DNA of 64,000 nucleotides from Bradymonadia bacterium (GTDB lineage: Bacteria; Myxococcota_A; Bradymonadia; UBA7976; UBA1532): positions 61,247 to 125,246 of the forward strand of contig JBMOFP010000001.1 in NCBI GenBank assembly GCA_049318805.1. Direction: 5' to 3'. Position 1 is the first letter of the stretch. Each line of letters opens with the position of its first letter. This document shows, piece by piece, positions 45,407 to 54,152 of the stretch. Below the pieces are notes generated by a model. It ran no database searches. It saw only the letters and a program-made list of their open reading frames with translations, and was not told the origin of the DNA. The position numbers and the translations under genes are program-made.

Positions 45407-46765
45407 ATGCGAAACCATCAGCGTTGGGTCTCCAGCTGGATGTGGACGGGCCTTGGCCTCGCGGTTGTCGGATGCGGTGGAGACGCCGCTTCAGGCTCGG
45501 TCGCCTGCGGCGCCGGCACGGTGCGCTCCGGCGACCAGTGTGTCCCGGTCTCCCCGACCGACGACGCCGGCCCGGGCGGCGGCGAGCCGGGCGGCGGCGG
45601 CGAGCCGGGCGGCGGCGGCACACCGGGCGGCGGCGGCAACCCCCAGGGGGGCGGCGAGCCGGGTGGCGGCGGCGATCCCCAGGGCGGTGGTGATCCCCAG
45701 GGCGGCGGTGATCCCCCGGGCGGCGGCGACCCGGGCACAGGCGGCACCCCCGGCGGCGATGCCCTCCCGCTCACCCTCGACGACTTTTTCGCCCCCAGCG
45801 GCTTCATGGGGGACGGTGAGCAGCCGGGCGGCATCTCGGTCGTCGACTGCGTGCCCGAGGGCGACGCGGTGGGCGCATGCCGGGCCTTCACCTGGACCCC
45901 CGGTGCGATGGGCTGGGCCGGGGTCTGGTGGCAGTACCCGGAGGGCAACTGGGGCGGCCCCGATGGCTTGCCGGGCTTCGACATGCCGCCGGGCGCGGCC
46001 CAGGTCTCGTTCCTGGCGTGGGGCGAGCGCGGCGGCGAGGTCGTGAGCTTCGGTGTCGGCCTCGGCGACGTGGATGGTTTCTCCCGCAACCTGCCCGACG
46101 TCACCCTCGAGGCGACGCCCACGCGATACCGGATGGACCTCCGGGGCGTCGAGTACGAGGACATCGTCGGTGGCTTCTCGTGGGTCGCCGGCGGGTCCGC
46201 GGCCCCCGTGACGCTCTACGTGACGGACATCCATTGGACCGACAGCGTCGAAGGCCTCTCTGCGGAACCCATCGGGGACGCCCTGCCCTTGCCCGTGGTC
46301 GTGGACGACCACTGGTCGCCCTCCGGTTTCATGGGGGACGGCGAGCAGCCCGGCGGCATCGAGGTCGGTGAGTGCGACGAGCGCGGCGCCGCGGACGCAG
46401 CGGGTGTGTGCCGCCGCTTCCAGTGGAACCCGGGCCGGAACGGCTGGGCGGGCGTCTTCTGGCAGTACCCCGAGAGCAACTGGGGCGCGTTGCCCGGTCG
46501 CGCCATCGCCCCGGGCGCGACGGAGGTGAGCTTCCTCGCGTGGGGCGAGCTCGGCGGTGAGGTCGTGAGCTTCGGGGCGGGCATGGGTGACGTGGACGGC
46601 TTCAACGCCGCGCTGCCGCAGGTCGTCCTCGAGGCCACGCCGACGCCCTACACGATCTCGCTCGCCGGTCAGACCTACGACGAGGTCGTCGGCGCCTTCA
46701 CGTGGACCGCGAACGAATCCGCCGCGCCCGTGGCCTTCTACATCGACGACCTCCGCTGGCGATGA
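45407..46765 (+). CDS. Lipoprotein with two tandem uncharacterised Trp-rich (CBM-like) modules
   Basis: Lipobox VVGC, Gly/Pro repeat linker and a duplicated PSGFMGDGEQPGGI..GWAGV.WQYPE.NWG..VSFLAWGE.GGEVVSFG module. Confidence 0.8.
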   Translation: MRNHQRWVSSWMWTGLGLAVVGCGGDAASGSVACGAGTVRSGDQCVPVSPTDDAGPGGGEPGGGGEPGGGGTPGGGGNPQGGGEPGGGGDPQGGGDPQGGGDPPGGGDPGTGGTPGGDALPLTLDDFFAPSGFMGDGEQPGGISVVDCVPEGDAVGACRAFTWTPGAMGWAGVWWQYPEGNWGGPDGLPGFDMPPGAAQVSFLAWGERGGEVVSFGVGLGDVDGFSRNLPDVTLEATPTRYRMDLRGVEYEDIVGGFSWVAGGSAAPVTLYVTDIHWTDSVEGLSAEPIGDALPLPVVVDDHWSPSGFMGDGEQPGGIEVGECDERGAADAAGVCRRFQWNPGRNGWAGVFWQYPESNWGALPGRAIAPGATEVSFLAWGELGGEVVSFGAGMGDVDGFNAALPQVVLEATPTPYTISLAGQTYDEVVGAFTWTANESAAPVAFYIDDLRWR

Positions 46766-48018
46766 ACGACTCGCCTCAGTTCGCGGCGTTCCGGCAGTCC
46801 CCCGTGGACGTGACCGGCATGCGCTCGCGCAATCGGACCTTCGTGCTGCAGCTTCTGTGGCGCGCCCGGGAGCTCTCGCGCGCCGAGCTCTCGCGGCGCA
46901 CGGGCATGAGCCGGTCCTCGGTTTCGTCGTTGGTGAGCGAGCTGCTCGACGCCGGCCTTGTCGAGGAGACGGGCACCGGCGAATCGAGCGGCGGCCGACG
47001 ACCGATTCTGCTGCGATTCCGCGATGATGCGTGTCTCATCGCCGGACTCGACATGGGCGCGACGCACATCGCCTGTGCCTTGACGGACCTGCGCGGGAAC
47101 GTGGTCGCTTGGCGCCAGACGGCTTTCGACGCCCGTTCGAATCCGCTGGGCGCTCTCGACGAGTGCGAGGCGCTGGTGGACGCCTGCCTGGACGCGCGCG
47201 GCCTACGGCGGTCTGCCCTCGCGGGCCTCGGGCTGGCCGTCCCGAGCCCCGTGGACCCGCGCGCGCCGGGGCGCCTGGCACCGATGATCCTGCCCGCCTG
47301 GACCGGGTTGGACGTCCATGAAGCGCTGAAGGACCGCTTTGTTCTGCCGGTCGTGATCGACAACGACGCCAACCTCGGTGCGCTGGCGGAGCGTTGGTGG
47401 GGCGCCGGCCGCGGTGGGGACGACCTCGTTTTCATCAAGCTCGGCACGGGTGTGGGTGCGGGCTTCATCCTCAACGGCGAGGTGTACCGCGGGGCCTACG
47501 GCATCGCCGGGGAGCTCAGTCACCTGAGCCTGGGGCCCCAGGGTCCTCCGTGCGCGTGCGGTCAGCGGGGGTGCCTCGTACGGCTCATCGGCGCGCGTGC
47601 GCTGCACGACCGTGCGCTCCAGCGTTTGTCGCACCATCCCGAAACGGTCCTCCGGCGGGACGGACTCACCGTCGATGCCCTGGTGCGCGCCGCCCACGCG
47701 GGGGACCCGCTCGCGCTCGAGCTGACCCGCGAGCTCTCGAGAGACCTCGGGAGCGGGATCATTGGCCTGTTGAATTTGATGAGCCCGGCGATCGTGGTGA
47801 TCGGCGGGCAGCTCTCGCTTCTGGGTGATCTGCTGCTCGAACCTCTGCGAACCCACGTGCGCCAGCGAACGCTCTGGCCCAACCTGGGGGAGACGCCCAT
47901 CGTCGTCAGCGCGCTCGGTCAGCGCGCGATCGCGCTGGGCGCGGCGACGGCCTTCCTCGCCGAGGTCCTGAAGAACCCTGAGCTCCTCCCCTTTGCGTCG
48001 AGGTGGGCACCCCCATGA
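46762..48018 (+). CDS. ROK-family transcriptional repressor (XylR/NagC type)
   Basis: N-terminal HTH (SRAELSRRTGMSRSSVS), GGRRP, DNDANLGALAE, GTGVGAG and GELSH..CACGQRGCL; ATGA overlap. Confidence 0.93.
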   Translation: MNDSPQFAAFRQSPVDVTGMRSRNRTFVLQLLWRARELSRAELSRRTGMSRSSVSSLVSELLDAGLVEETGTGESSGGRRPILLRFRDDACLIAGLDMGATHIACALTDLRGNVVAWRQTAFDARSNPLGALDECEALVDACLDARGLRRSALAGLGLAVPSPVDPRAPGRLAPMILPAWTGLDVHEALKDRFVLPVVIDNDANLGALAERWWGAGRGGDDLVFIKLGTGVGAGFILNGEVYRGAYGIAGELSHLSLGPQGPPCACGQRGCLVRLIGARALHDRALQRLSHHPETVLRRDGLTVDALVRAAHAGDPLALELTRELSRDLGSGIIGLLNLMSPAIVVIGGQLSLLGDLLLEPLRTHVRQRTLWPNLGETPIVVSALGQRAIALGAATAFLAEVLKNPELLPFASRWAPP

Positions 48019-48887
48019 CCAAGAGAGATTGGGCCGTGGGCGTCGGCGTGAGCGCCGCGCTCCTTGCCTGTGGTGGACCGGATTCGGCGGGTCGGATCGA
48101 GGGAGACGAGCCCGCCAGTGTGCCGCCTCCCGCGGACGACGGCTCTCGCCCAGGCTGGCGTCTGGTCTGGCAGGACGAGTTCGATGGCCCCGCGGGCACA
48201 GCGCCGGATGCCGCACGCTGGACCCCCGAGGTCGGCGGTGACGGCTGGGGCAACGAGCAGCTCGAGCACAATACCGACCGCACCGACAACGCCGCGCTCG
48301 ATGGCGACGGCCGGCTCGCAATCACCGCCCGACGCGAGTCGTATCGGGGCAACACCTATACCTCGGCGCGCCTGTCGACGCGCGCCAAGTTCGAGAAGAC
48401 CTACGGGCGCTTCGAGGCGCGGGCGCGCATGCCCATCGGGCAGGGCATGTGGCCGGCGTTCTGGCTGCTGGGGGGCGACATCGGCGAGGTCGGCTGGCCC
48501 GCGTGCGGGGAAATCGACATCCTCGAGTACAAGGGCCAGGCGCCCTCGATCGTTTACGGCACGGTCCACGGCCCCGGCTACAGCGGCGCCTCGGGGGTCG
48601 GCAAGGAGCAGCCGATCTCCCGCACCGACCTCAGCGAGGACTTCCACATCTACGCGGTCGAGTGGACCCCGGACCGGATTCGTTGGTTCGTGGACAGCTT
48701 CATGTTCCACGAGCTCACCCCCGACGACCTGCCCCCGGGCACACGGTGGGTCTTCGACCACGACCACTTCATCATCCTGAACCTCGCCGTGGGCGGGCGT
48801 TTCGTCGGCCCGCTCGGCCCCGACGTCGTTTTCCCGCAATCCCTGCTCGTCGACTACGTCCGGGTCTACGAGAAGACTGAACAGTAA
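48015..48887 (+). CDS. GH16 laminarinase-type endo-beta-1,3-glucanase lipoprotein
   Basis: Lipobox LLAC, WQDEFDG, GWGNEQ, YTSARL, WPAFWLLG, catalytic EIDILE and LNLAVGG. Confidence 0.93.
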   Translation: MTKRDWAVGVGVSAALLACGGPDSAGRIEGDEPASVPPPADDGSRPGWRLVWQDEFDGPAGTAPDAARWTPEVGGDGWGNEQLEHNTDRTDNAALDGDGRLAITARRESYRGNTYTSARLSTRAKFEKTYGRFEARARMPIGQGMWPAFWLLGGDIGEVGWPACGEIDILEYKGQAPSIVYGTVHGPGYSGASGVGKEQPISRTDLSEDFHIYAVEWTPDRIRWFVDSFMFHELTPDDLPPGTRWVFDHDHFIILNLAVGGRFVGPLGPDVVFPQSLLVDYVRVYEKTEQ

Positions 48888-48942
48888 AGCGTCCATCGGG
48901 CCCCCGATGGCCCGCTCACCCTCGCTCAGGAGAGCCATCTTG

Positions 48943-50304
48943 ATGCTACGCCGTTTCCCCGACGGGTTCCTCTTCGGCGCCGCCACCTCGTCCTACCAGA
49001 TCGAGGGCAGCACCGAGGTGGACGGGCGAGGGCCTTCCATCTGGGACACCTTCTGCGCCCAGCCCGGGCGGATCAAAGACGCGACGAACGGCGCGCGCGC
49101 GTGTGAGCACTACACCCGCATGCCCGAGGACGTCGCGTTGATGGCCGAGCTCGGCCTGAAGGCATACCGGTTTTCGGTGGCCTGGCCGCGGATTCTACCG
49201 GAGGGCCGCGGGCGCGTGGAGCCGCGCGGACTCGCGTTCTACGACCGGCTCGTCGACGCGCTCCTCGAACGGGGCATTCAGCCCTGGTGCACATTGTACC
49301 ACTGGGACCTGCCCGACGTGCTGGAGCGGGCGGGCGGCTGGCCCGAGCGCCCGATCTGCGACGCCTTCGTGGAGTACACCGACGTCGTCACGCGGCGGCT
49401 CGGCGACCGGGTCAAGCACTGGATCACCCACAACGAGCCGTGGTGCATCGCCATGCTCGGCTACATGACCGGAGAGCAGGCGCCGGGCTATACCGACTGG
49501 CCGAAGGCCCTGCGCGCCGTGCACCACGTGCTGCTCTCTCACGGGATGGCCGTGCCCGTGGTGCGCGCGAACAGCCCCGGCGCGCAGGTCGGTATCGTCG
49601 TCAACCTGTGCCCGGCCGAGCCGGCCTCTCCGAGTGACGCGGACGCCGACGAGACCCGCGCCTTCGACGGCTTTTTCAACCGCTACTATCTCGACCCGGT
49701 CTACGGGCGCGGCTACCCGAAGGACGTGCTCGAGGACTACGTGCGCAAGGGTCACATCCCGTCGACGACCCTCGACTGCGTGCGCGAAGGCGACCTCGAG
49801 ACCATGTCGGTCAAGACGGACTTCCTGGGCATCAACTACTACTCCCGGGCCGTGATCCGGAGCGACCGGGTGCCCGAGAGCGAGAACGCGCCGCGCACGG
49901 TCTTCCAGAGCGACGACAAGACGGACATGGACTGGGAGGTGGCTCCCGGGAGCCTCACGAAGGTCCTCGAGCGGGTGCACCGCGACTACGCGCCGCCGGC
50001 GTTGTACGTGACCGAGAACGGCTGCGCCTACGCCACCGCCCCGGACGCGGAGGGTCGAGTTCTCGACACCCAGCGCGTGTCCTACTTCATGAGTCACATC
50101 TCCGCGTGCCACGACGCGATCGAACGCGGCGTGCCGCTGAAGGGCTACTTCGCGTGGTCGCTCTTGGACAACTTCGAATGGGCCTGGGGCTACGAGAAAC
50201 GATTCGGGCTGGTCTGGGTCGACTACGAGACGCAGCAGCGTGTGCCGAAAGCCAGCGCATGGCTCTACCGCCGCATCATCGCCCAGCACGGGGTCGAGGC
50301 GTGA
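48943..50304 (+). CDS. GH1 beta-glucosidase (cytoplasmic)
   Basis: ATSSYQIEG, YRFSVAWPR, TLYHWDLP, acid/base NEP, nucleophile TENG and WSLLDNFEW; no signal peptide. Confidence 0.96.
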   Translation: MLRRFPDGFLFGAATSSYQIEGSTEVDGRGPSIWDTFCAQPGRIKDATNGARACEHYTRMPEDVALMAELGLKAYRFSVAWPRILPEGRGRVEPRGLAFYDRLVDALLERGIQPWCTLYHWDLPDVLERAGGWPERPICDAFVEYTDVVTRRLGDRVKHWITHNEPWCIAMLGYMTGEQAPGYTDWPKALRAVHHVLLSHGMAVPVVRANSPGAQVGIVVNLCPAEPASPSDADADETRAFDGFFNRYYLDPVYGRGYPKDVLEDYVRKGHIPSTTLDCVREGDLETMSVKTDFLGINYYSRAVIRSDRVPESENAPRTVFQSDDKTDMDWEVAPGSLTKVLERVHRDYAPPALYVTENGCAYATAPDAEGRVLDTQRVSYFMSHISACHDAIERGVPLKGYFAWSLLDNFEWAWGYEKRFGLVWVDYETQQRVPKASAWLYRRIIAQHGVEA

Positions 50305-53300
50305 GCGCCGCGCCGTCGCGTTTGCTCGGCGTAGGCTTGCTGCTCGGCGCGCAGCTCGCGTCGGCCCAGGAGGCGCCGCCGCCGGCCTCCGAGGCGCCTC
50401 CGCCGGCCTCCGAGGCGCCGCCGCCGGCCACCGAGGCGCCGCCGCCGGCCACCGAGGCGCCGCCGCCACCCGTGGTCCAAAGTGAACCACCCGCCCGCGA
50501 CCCGCGCGCGCCGGACGAGGTCCGCGTGCACAAGGACGACGCAGGCTGGCAACTGCGCGTGAACGGCCGGCCCTTCATGGTCTTCGGCATGAACTACGAC
50601 TACATGCCGGTCGGCGAGAACTACGCCTACGACTTCTGGGGCAAACCCCGGGAGTTCATCCGCGAGGCCCTGGACCGCGACATGTCGCTGTTGCGCGACA
50701 TGCATGTGAACGCGATCCGGCAGTACGCCGACATCCCGCCGGAGTGGGTCACCTACATCTACGAGACCTACGGCATCTTCACGATCATCAACCACACCGT
50801 CGGTCGCTACGGTCTCTCCGTGGGCGGCGCGTGGCAGCCGAACACCGACTACGCCGACCCCGAGACACGCCGCCAGCTCAAGGCGGAGCTCGCGGGGGTC
50901 GTCTCGCGGTACCGAGACACACGCGGCGTGCTGATGTGGATGCTCGGCAACGAGAACAACTACGGCCTGCACTGGACCTCTTTCGAGATCGAGAATCTGC
51001 CGACCGCGCAGCACGACATCGCGCGGGCCACGCCGCTCTACTCGCTCTTTGGCGAGATCATCGACGAGATCCACGCGCAGGACCCGCATCGCCGCCCCGT
51101 CTCCATCGCGAACGGCGACCTCGGCTACATCGACCTCATCGCCCAGCACTGCAAGAACCTGGACATCATGGGGTCGAACGTCTACCGCGGCATCTCGGCG
51201 GGGGACCTCTACGCCGTGGTGAAGGCGAAGCTCGGGGTGCCCGTGATGTACACGGAGTTCGGCTCCGACGCGTACAACGCGCGCGACATGCGTGAGGACC
51301 CGGTCATGCAGGCCCACTACCTGCGCGGGCAGTGGCAGGAGATCTACGAGCAGTCCGCCGGGAAGGGCCGCGAGGGCAACGCCATCGGCGGCATGATCTT
51401 CCAATGGTCCGACGGGTGGTGGAAGCACCTGCAGAACGAGCGCCTCGACATTCAGGACACGACCGCGAGCTGGGCGAACGGCGGCTACCCGCTGGACTTC
51501 GTCGAGGGCGGCAACAACATGAACGAGGAGTGGTTCGGCATCACGGCGAAGGACCGGACGGACTCGCGCGGTCACTACATCGTCCGACCGCGCGCGGCGT
51601 ACTACCTGCTCCAGGAGGCCTTCCGACTCGACCCGTACGCGCCGACCACGGACCAGGCGGCCATCCGGGCCCACTTCGGCAAGCTCTCGCCCCAGAACTT
51701 CCTCGCGCCCTACACCGCGGACCGCGGCGACGCGCGCTTGGACGAACTCGAGAAGCTGAGGGTGAGCCAGCTTCGGTTCGAGCTCGAGACCTACACGACC
51801 GCCGGCTCCAAACAGACGGAGCGCGGGACCGACGCGGTCTTCGACCACATGGAGTCGATGTACGTCGGCGTCGCCGCGCGCCCCAGCGACCAGGTCGAAG
51901 CCGAGCTCGTGCTCAATGTGCTCGGCAACGTGCCCACGAACCGACTGGACGACATCTTCTACGAGAACCGAGGGGAACGCCGCACGCTGCTCGACGAAGA
52001 CGGACAGCCCGTCGAACTCGAGGGCGGCGAGCGGGTCGCCATCTACAGCGCCGAGTTCCGCGTCGAGGACCCCTGGTTCTCCGCCCACGGCTTCTACCGG
52101 GTCGGGCACACCCACTGGGGCTACGAGGGTGACTTCTTCGGCCTGTACCCCGAGGCGTTCTACGGGGAGAACATCGACCAGTACAACGGCAAGGCGCCGC
52201 TGGGCGTCGAGGTGACCGGCAAGCAGGGGCTCGAGGGCTTCAAGCTCGCTTTCGGCCCCGAGCTCTACTGGGGCGCGAACCCCGCAGTGATCGTCAAGTA
52301 TCGACGGAACGTCGGGGGGGCGACCCTGACCGCGGTGCACCAGGAGGACATCGCCAAGAAGGGTCGAACGGAGTCCACGGTGGCCGTGCCCGAGCGTCGG
52401 ACCCGGCGCAGCACGCTGCACGGGGAGCTCATCCGCGGGGGCCTGAAGCTGGAGCTCGGCGGGATCTTCGCGGGCTCGGAGCGGGTCGGGATGGACTTCC
52501 AGTGGACCCGGGACAGCGATGGCCGGGGCTACCTCGACAGCGGCTACGACGTGCTCGCCGACGAGGTCGTCTGGGCCGACACGCTGGGCGGCAAGGCGAA
52601 GGTCAGCCTCACGGTCGGGCAGTTCAACTGGTACGCCCAGGGGGCGTATCGGGGCCTCGTGGCCGACGGTGGCCCGGACCAAACGCTGACGTTCGCCGGC
52701 TGGGGGCTGAAGGAGAGCGGCCGCGGCAATCAATGGAACACCTTGACCGGCGTGCTGGTGCATTTTGCACCGTTCCAGGTCGGCGTGAACGCGCAGTACC
52801 AGCGGCCGCTCGTTGGACCCATGCCGGCCGTGGGCGACCACATGAGCGACGCGACGGGCATCTACTACCCGTCACTCACGCCTCGCAATTTCCGGGACGA
52901 CCCGTTCGCGGTTCTCGACAACCGGGAGCAGGCCGCGGCCGAGCTCCTGCTCGTGTACGACCCCACGCCGGGCACCTGGTTCTGGGCCTGGGACAACGAC
53001 GACCGCGAGGACGCACGCTTCGCGGCGTCTCTGGACTCGGTTTACCGCAAGCGTTTCACACGGCGGGACTCCGTCTTCTACGTGAGCGAAAGCGGGCAGT
53101 TCCAACCCTTCGGCGCCTCGCCGCCGCAGCAGGACACCTGGGATGTCATCGGGCGCATCGTCTCTCGACCCGGTGGTGCATGGCGCATCATCGGCCACCT
53201 GCACGCGGGGCAGGGGGAGGCCAGCGGCGCCGAGAGTCGAGGGGCGCTGCGGATGAGCGAGCGCCTCGCCGTGCAGTGGAACGGCTGGCGTGTCTCCCAG

Positions 53301-53555
53301 ACCGTGAAGATCGACGACTGGGGCCCCTATGACTTCCATCGCGACTTCGACCTGACCTATCCGTTGCAGGTCTATGGCGACCTGTCCTGGGGCGTGCGCT
53401 CGGGCCTGCTGAACGGAGACCTCGTCCGCTTCGGCGTCCGGGGCCAGTACCGCACGCTGGACGAGAACAGCACGGGCTTTGCCGTCGAGACGCCCGCCCC
53501 GGGTGCCGCGGCGAACGAGTGGGAGTTCGGTACCTACATGCACGTGGGGCTCTGA
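50301..53555 (+). CDS. Secreted clan GH-A (GH2-like TIM barrel) glycosidase fused to a probable outer-membrane beta-barrel
   Basis: Signal peptide and EAPPPA linker; NAIRQY, GNENNYG and TEFG motifs; about 600 C-terminal aa of amphipathic strands ending WEFGTYMHVGL. GTGA overlap with GH1. Confidence 0.75.
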   Translation: MSAAPSRLLGVGLLLGAQLASAQEAPPPASEAPPPASEAPPPATEAPPPATEAPPPPVVQSEPPARDPRAPDEVRVHKDDAGWQLRVNGRPFMVFGMNYDYMPVGENYAYDFWGKPREFIREALDRDMSLLRDMHVNAIRQYADIPPEWVTYIYETYGIFTIINHTVGRYGLSVGGAWQPNTDYADPETRRQLKAELAGVVSRYRDTRGVLMWMLGNENNYGLHWTSFEIENLPTAQHDIARATPLYSLFGEIIDEIHAQDPHRRPVSIANGDLGYIDLIAQHCKNLDIMGSNVYRGISAGDLYAVVKAKLGVPVMYTEFGSDAYNARDMREDPVMQAHYLRGQWQEIYEQSAGKGREGNAIGGMIFQWSDGWWKHLQNERLDIQDTTASWANGGYPLDFVEGGNNMNEEWFGITAKDRTDSRGHYIVRPRAAYYLLQEAFRLDPYAPTTDQAAIRAHFGKLSPQNFLAPYTADRGDARLDELEKLRVSQLRFELETYTTAGSKQTERGTDAVFDHMESMYVGVAARPSDQVEAELVLNVLGNVPTNRLDDIFYENRGERRTLLDEDGQPVELEGGERVAIYSAEFRVEDPWFSAHGFYRVGHTHWGYEGDFFGLYPEAFYGENIDQYNGKAPLGVEVTGKQGLEGFKLAFGPELYWGANPAVIVKYRRNVGGATLTAVHQEDIAKKGRTESTVAVPERRTRRSTLHGELIRGGLKLELGGIFAGSERVGMDFQWTRDSDGRGYLDSGYDVLADEVVWADTLGGKAKVSLTVGQFNWYAQGAYRGLVADGGPDQTLTFAGWGLKESGRGNQWNTLTGVLVHFAPFQVGVNAQYQRPLVGPMPAVGDHMSDATGIYYPSLTPRNFRDDPFAVLDNREQAAAELLLVYDPTPGTWFWAWDNDDREDARFAASLDSVYRKRFTRRDSVFYVSESGQFQPFGASPPQQDTWDVIGRIVSRPGGAWRIIGHLHAGQGEASGAESRGALRMSERLAVQWNGWRVSQTVKIDDWGPYDFHRDFDLTYPLQVYGDLSWGVRSGLLNGDLVRFGVRGQYRTLDENSTGFAVETPAPGAAANEWEFGTYMHVGL
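50370..50471 (+). repeat. 21-bp tandem repeat encoding EAPPPA[ST], about 5 units
   Basis: Repeated gaggcgccgccgccggcc units. Confidence 0.9.
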
Positions 53556-53558
53556 CCG

Positions 53559-54152
53559 ATGCGGAACAACCTTCGAGTCTGTCTTTTCACGGCCGTGGTC
53601 GCCTCGAGCTGCGCCGAGCCCGCCGAGTTCGTGTACGGCGAGCGGGTCACCGACCTCGTCTTCGAGCTGTGCGACCCGACCATGGGTGTGCATCCGAGCC
53701 GCACGGTGCTCGCGTGCCCGGCGAACCCCTTCCTGGGCGGGGTGGGGGCCGAGACCAAGTGGAGGATCCAGACGGCCGGAGGGCCCGTGGCGGCGTTCTA
53801 CGCGTGGGCCACGATCCTCGCGAGCGAGGCCACGGGCGAGCACCAGTACTATGCCGCCACGAACCTGAAGGAGATCTTCCAGGGGGCCGAGGCCGACCAG
53901 GAGGACCTCGAGCGTGTGCGTGAGATGGCCATCGCGGGCTTCCAATCCGTGCTCGACAACTTCCCCGAGTCGAACTCTTTCGACGCGACCGGCACCGTGG
54001 CGTTTCGCCTCGCGACGCCGGCCTACCGGGGCATCGTGGAGCTCGGCGGGCGACCGGCGGGCGGTTGGGTGATCGTCGCCACGGCAGACGCCGGCGAACA
54101 GGCCGTGCGCATCGGGCAGGACGTGCCCGTATTCGAGGAGGAGACGCCATGA
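53559..54152 (+). CDS. Hypothetical lipoprotein of the glucan locus
   Basis: Lipobox ASSC, helical core; starts 3 bp after the barrel gene. Confidence 0.7.
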   Translation: MRNNLRVCLFTAVVASSCAEPAEFVYGERVTDLVFELCDPTMGVHPSRTVLACPANPFLGGVGAETKWRIQTAGGPVAAFYAWATILASEATGEHQYYAATNLKEIFQGAEADQEDLERVREMAIAGFQSVLDNFPESNSFDATGTVAFRLATPAYRGIVELGGRPAGGWVIVATADAGEQAVRIGQDVPVFEEETP

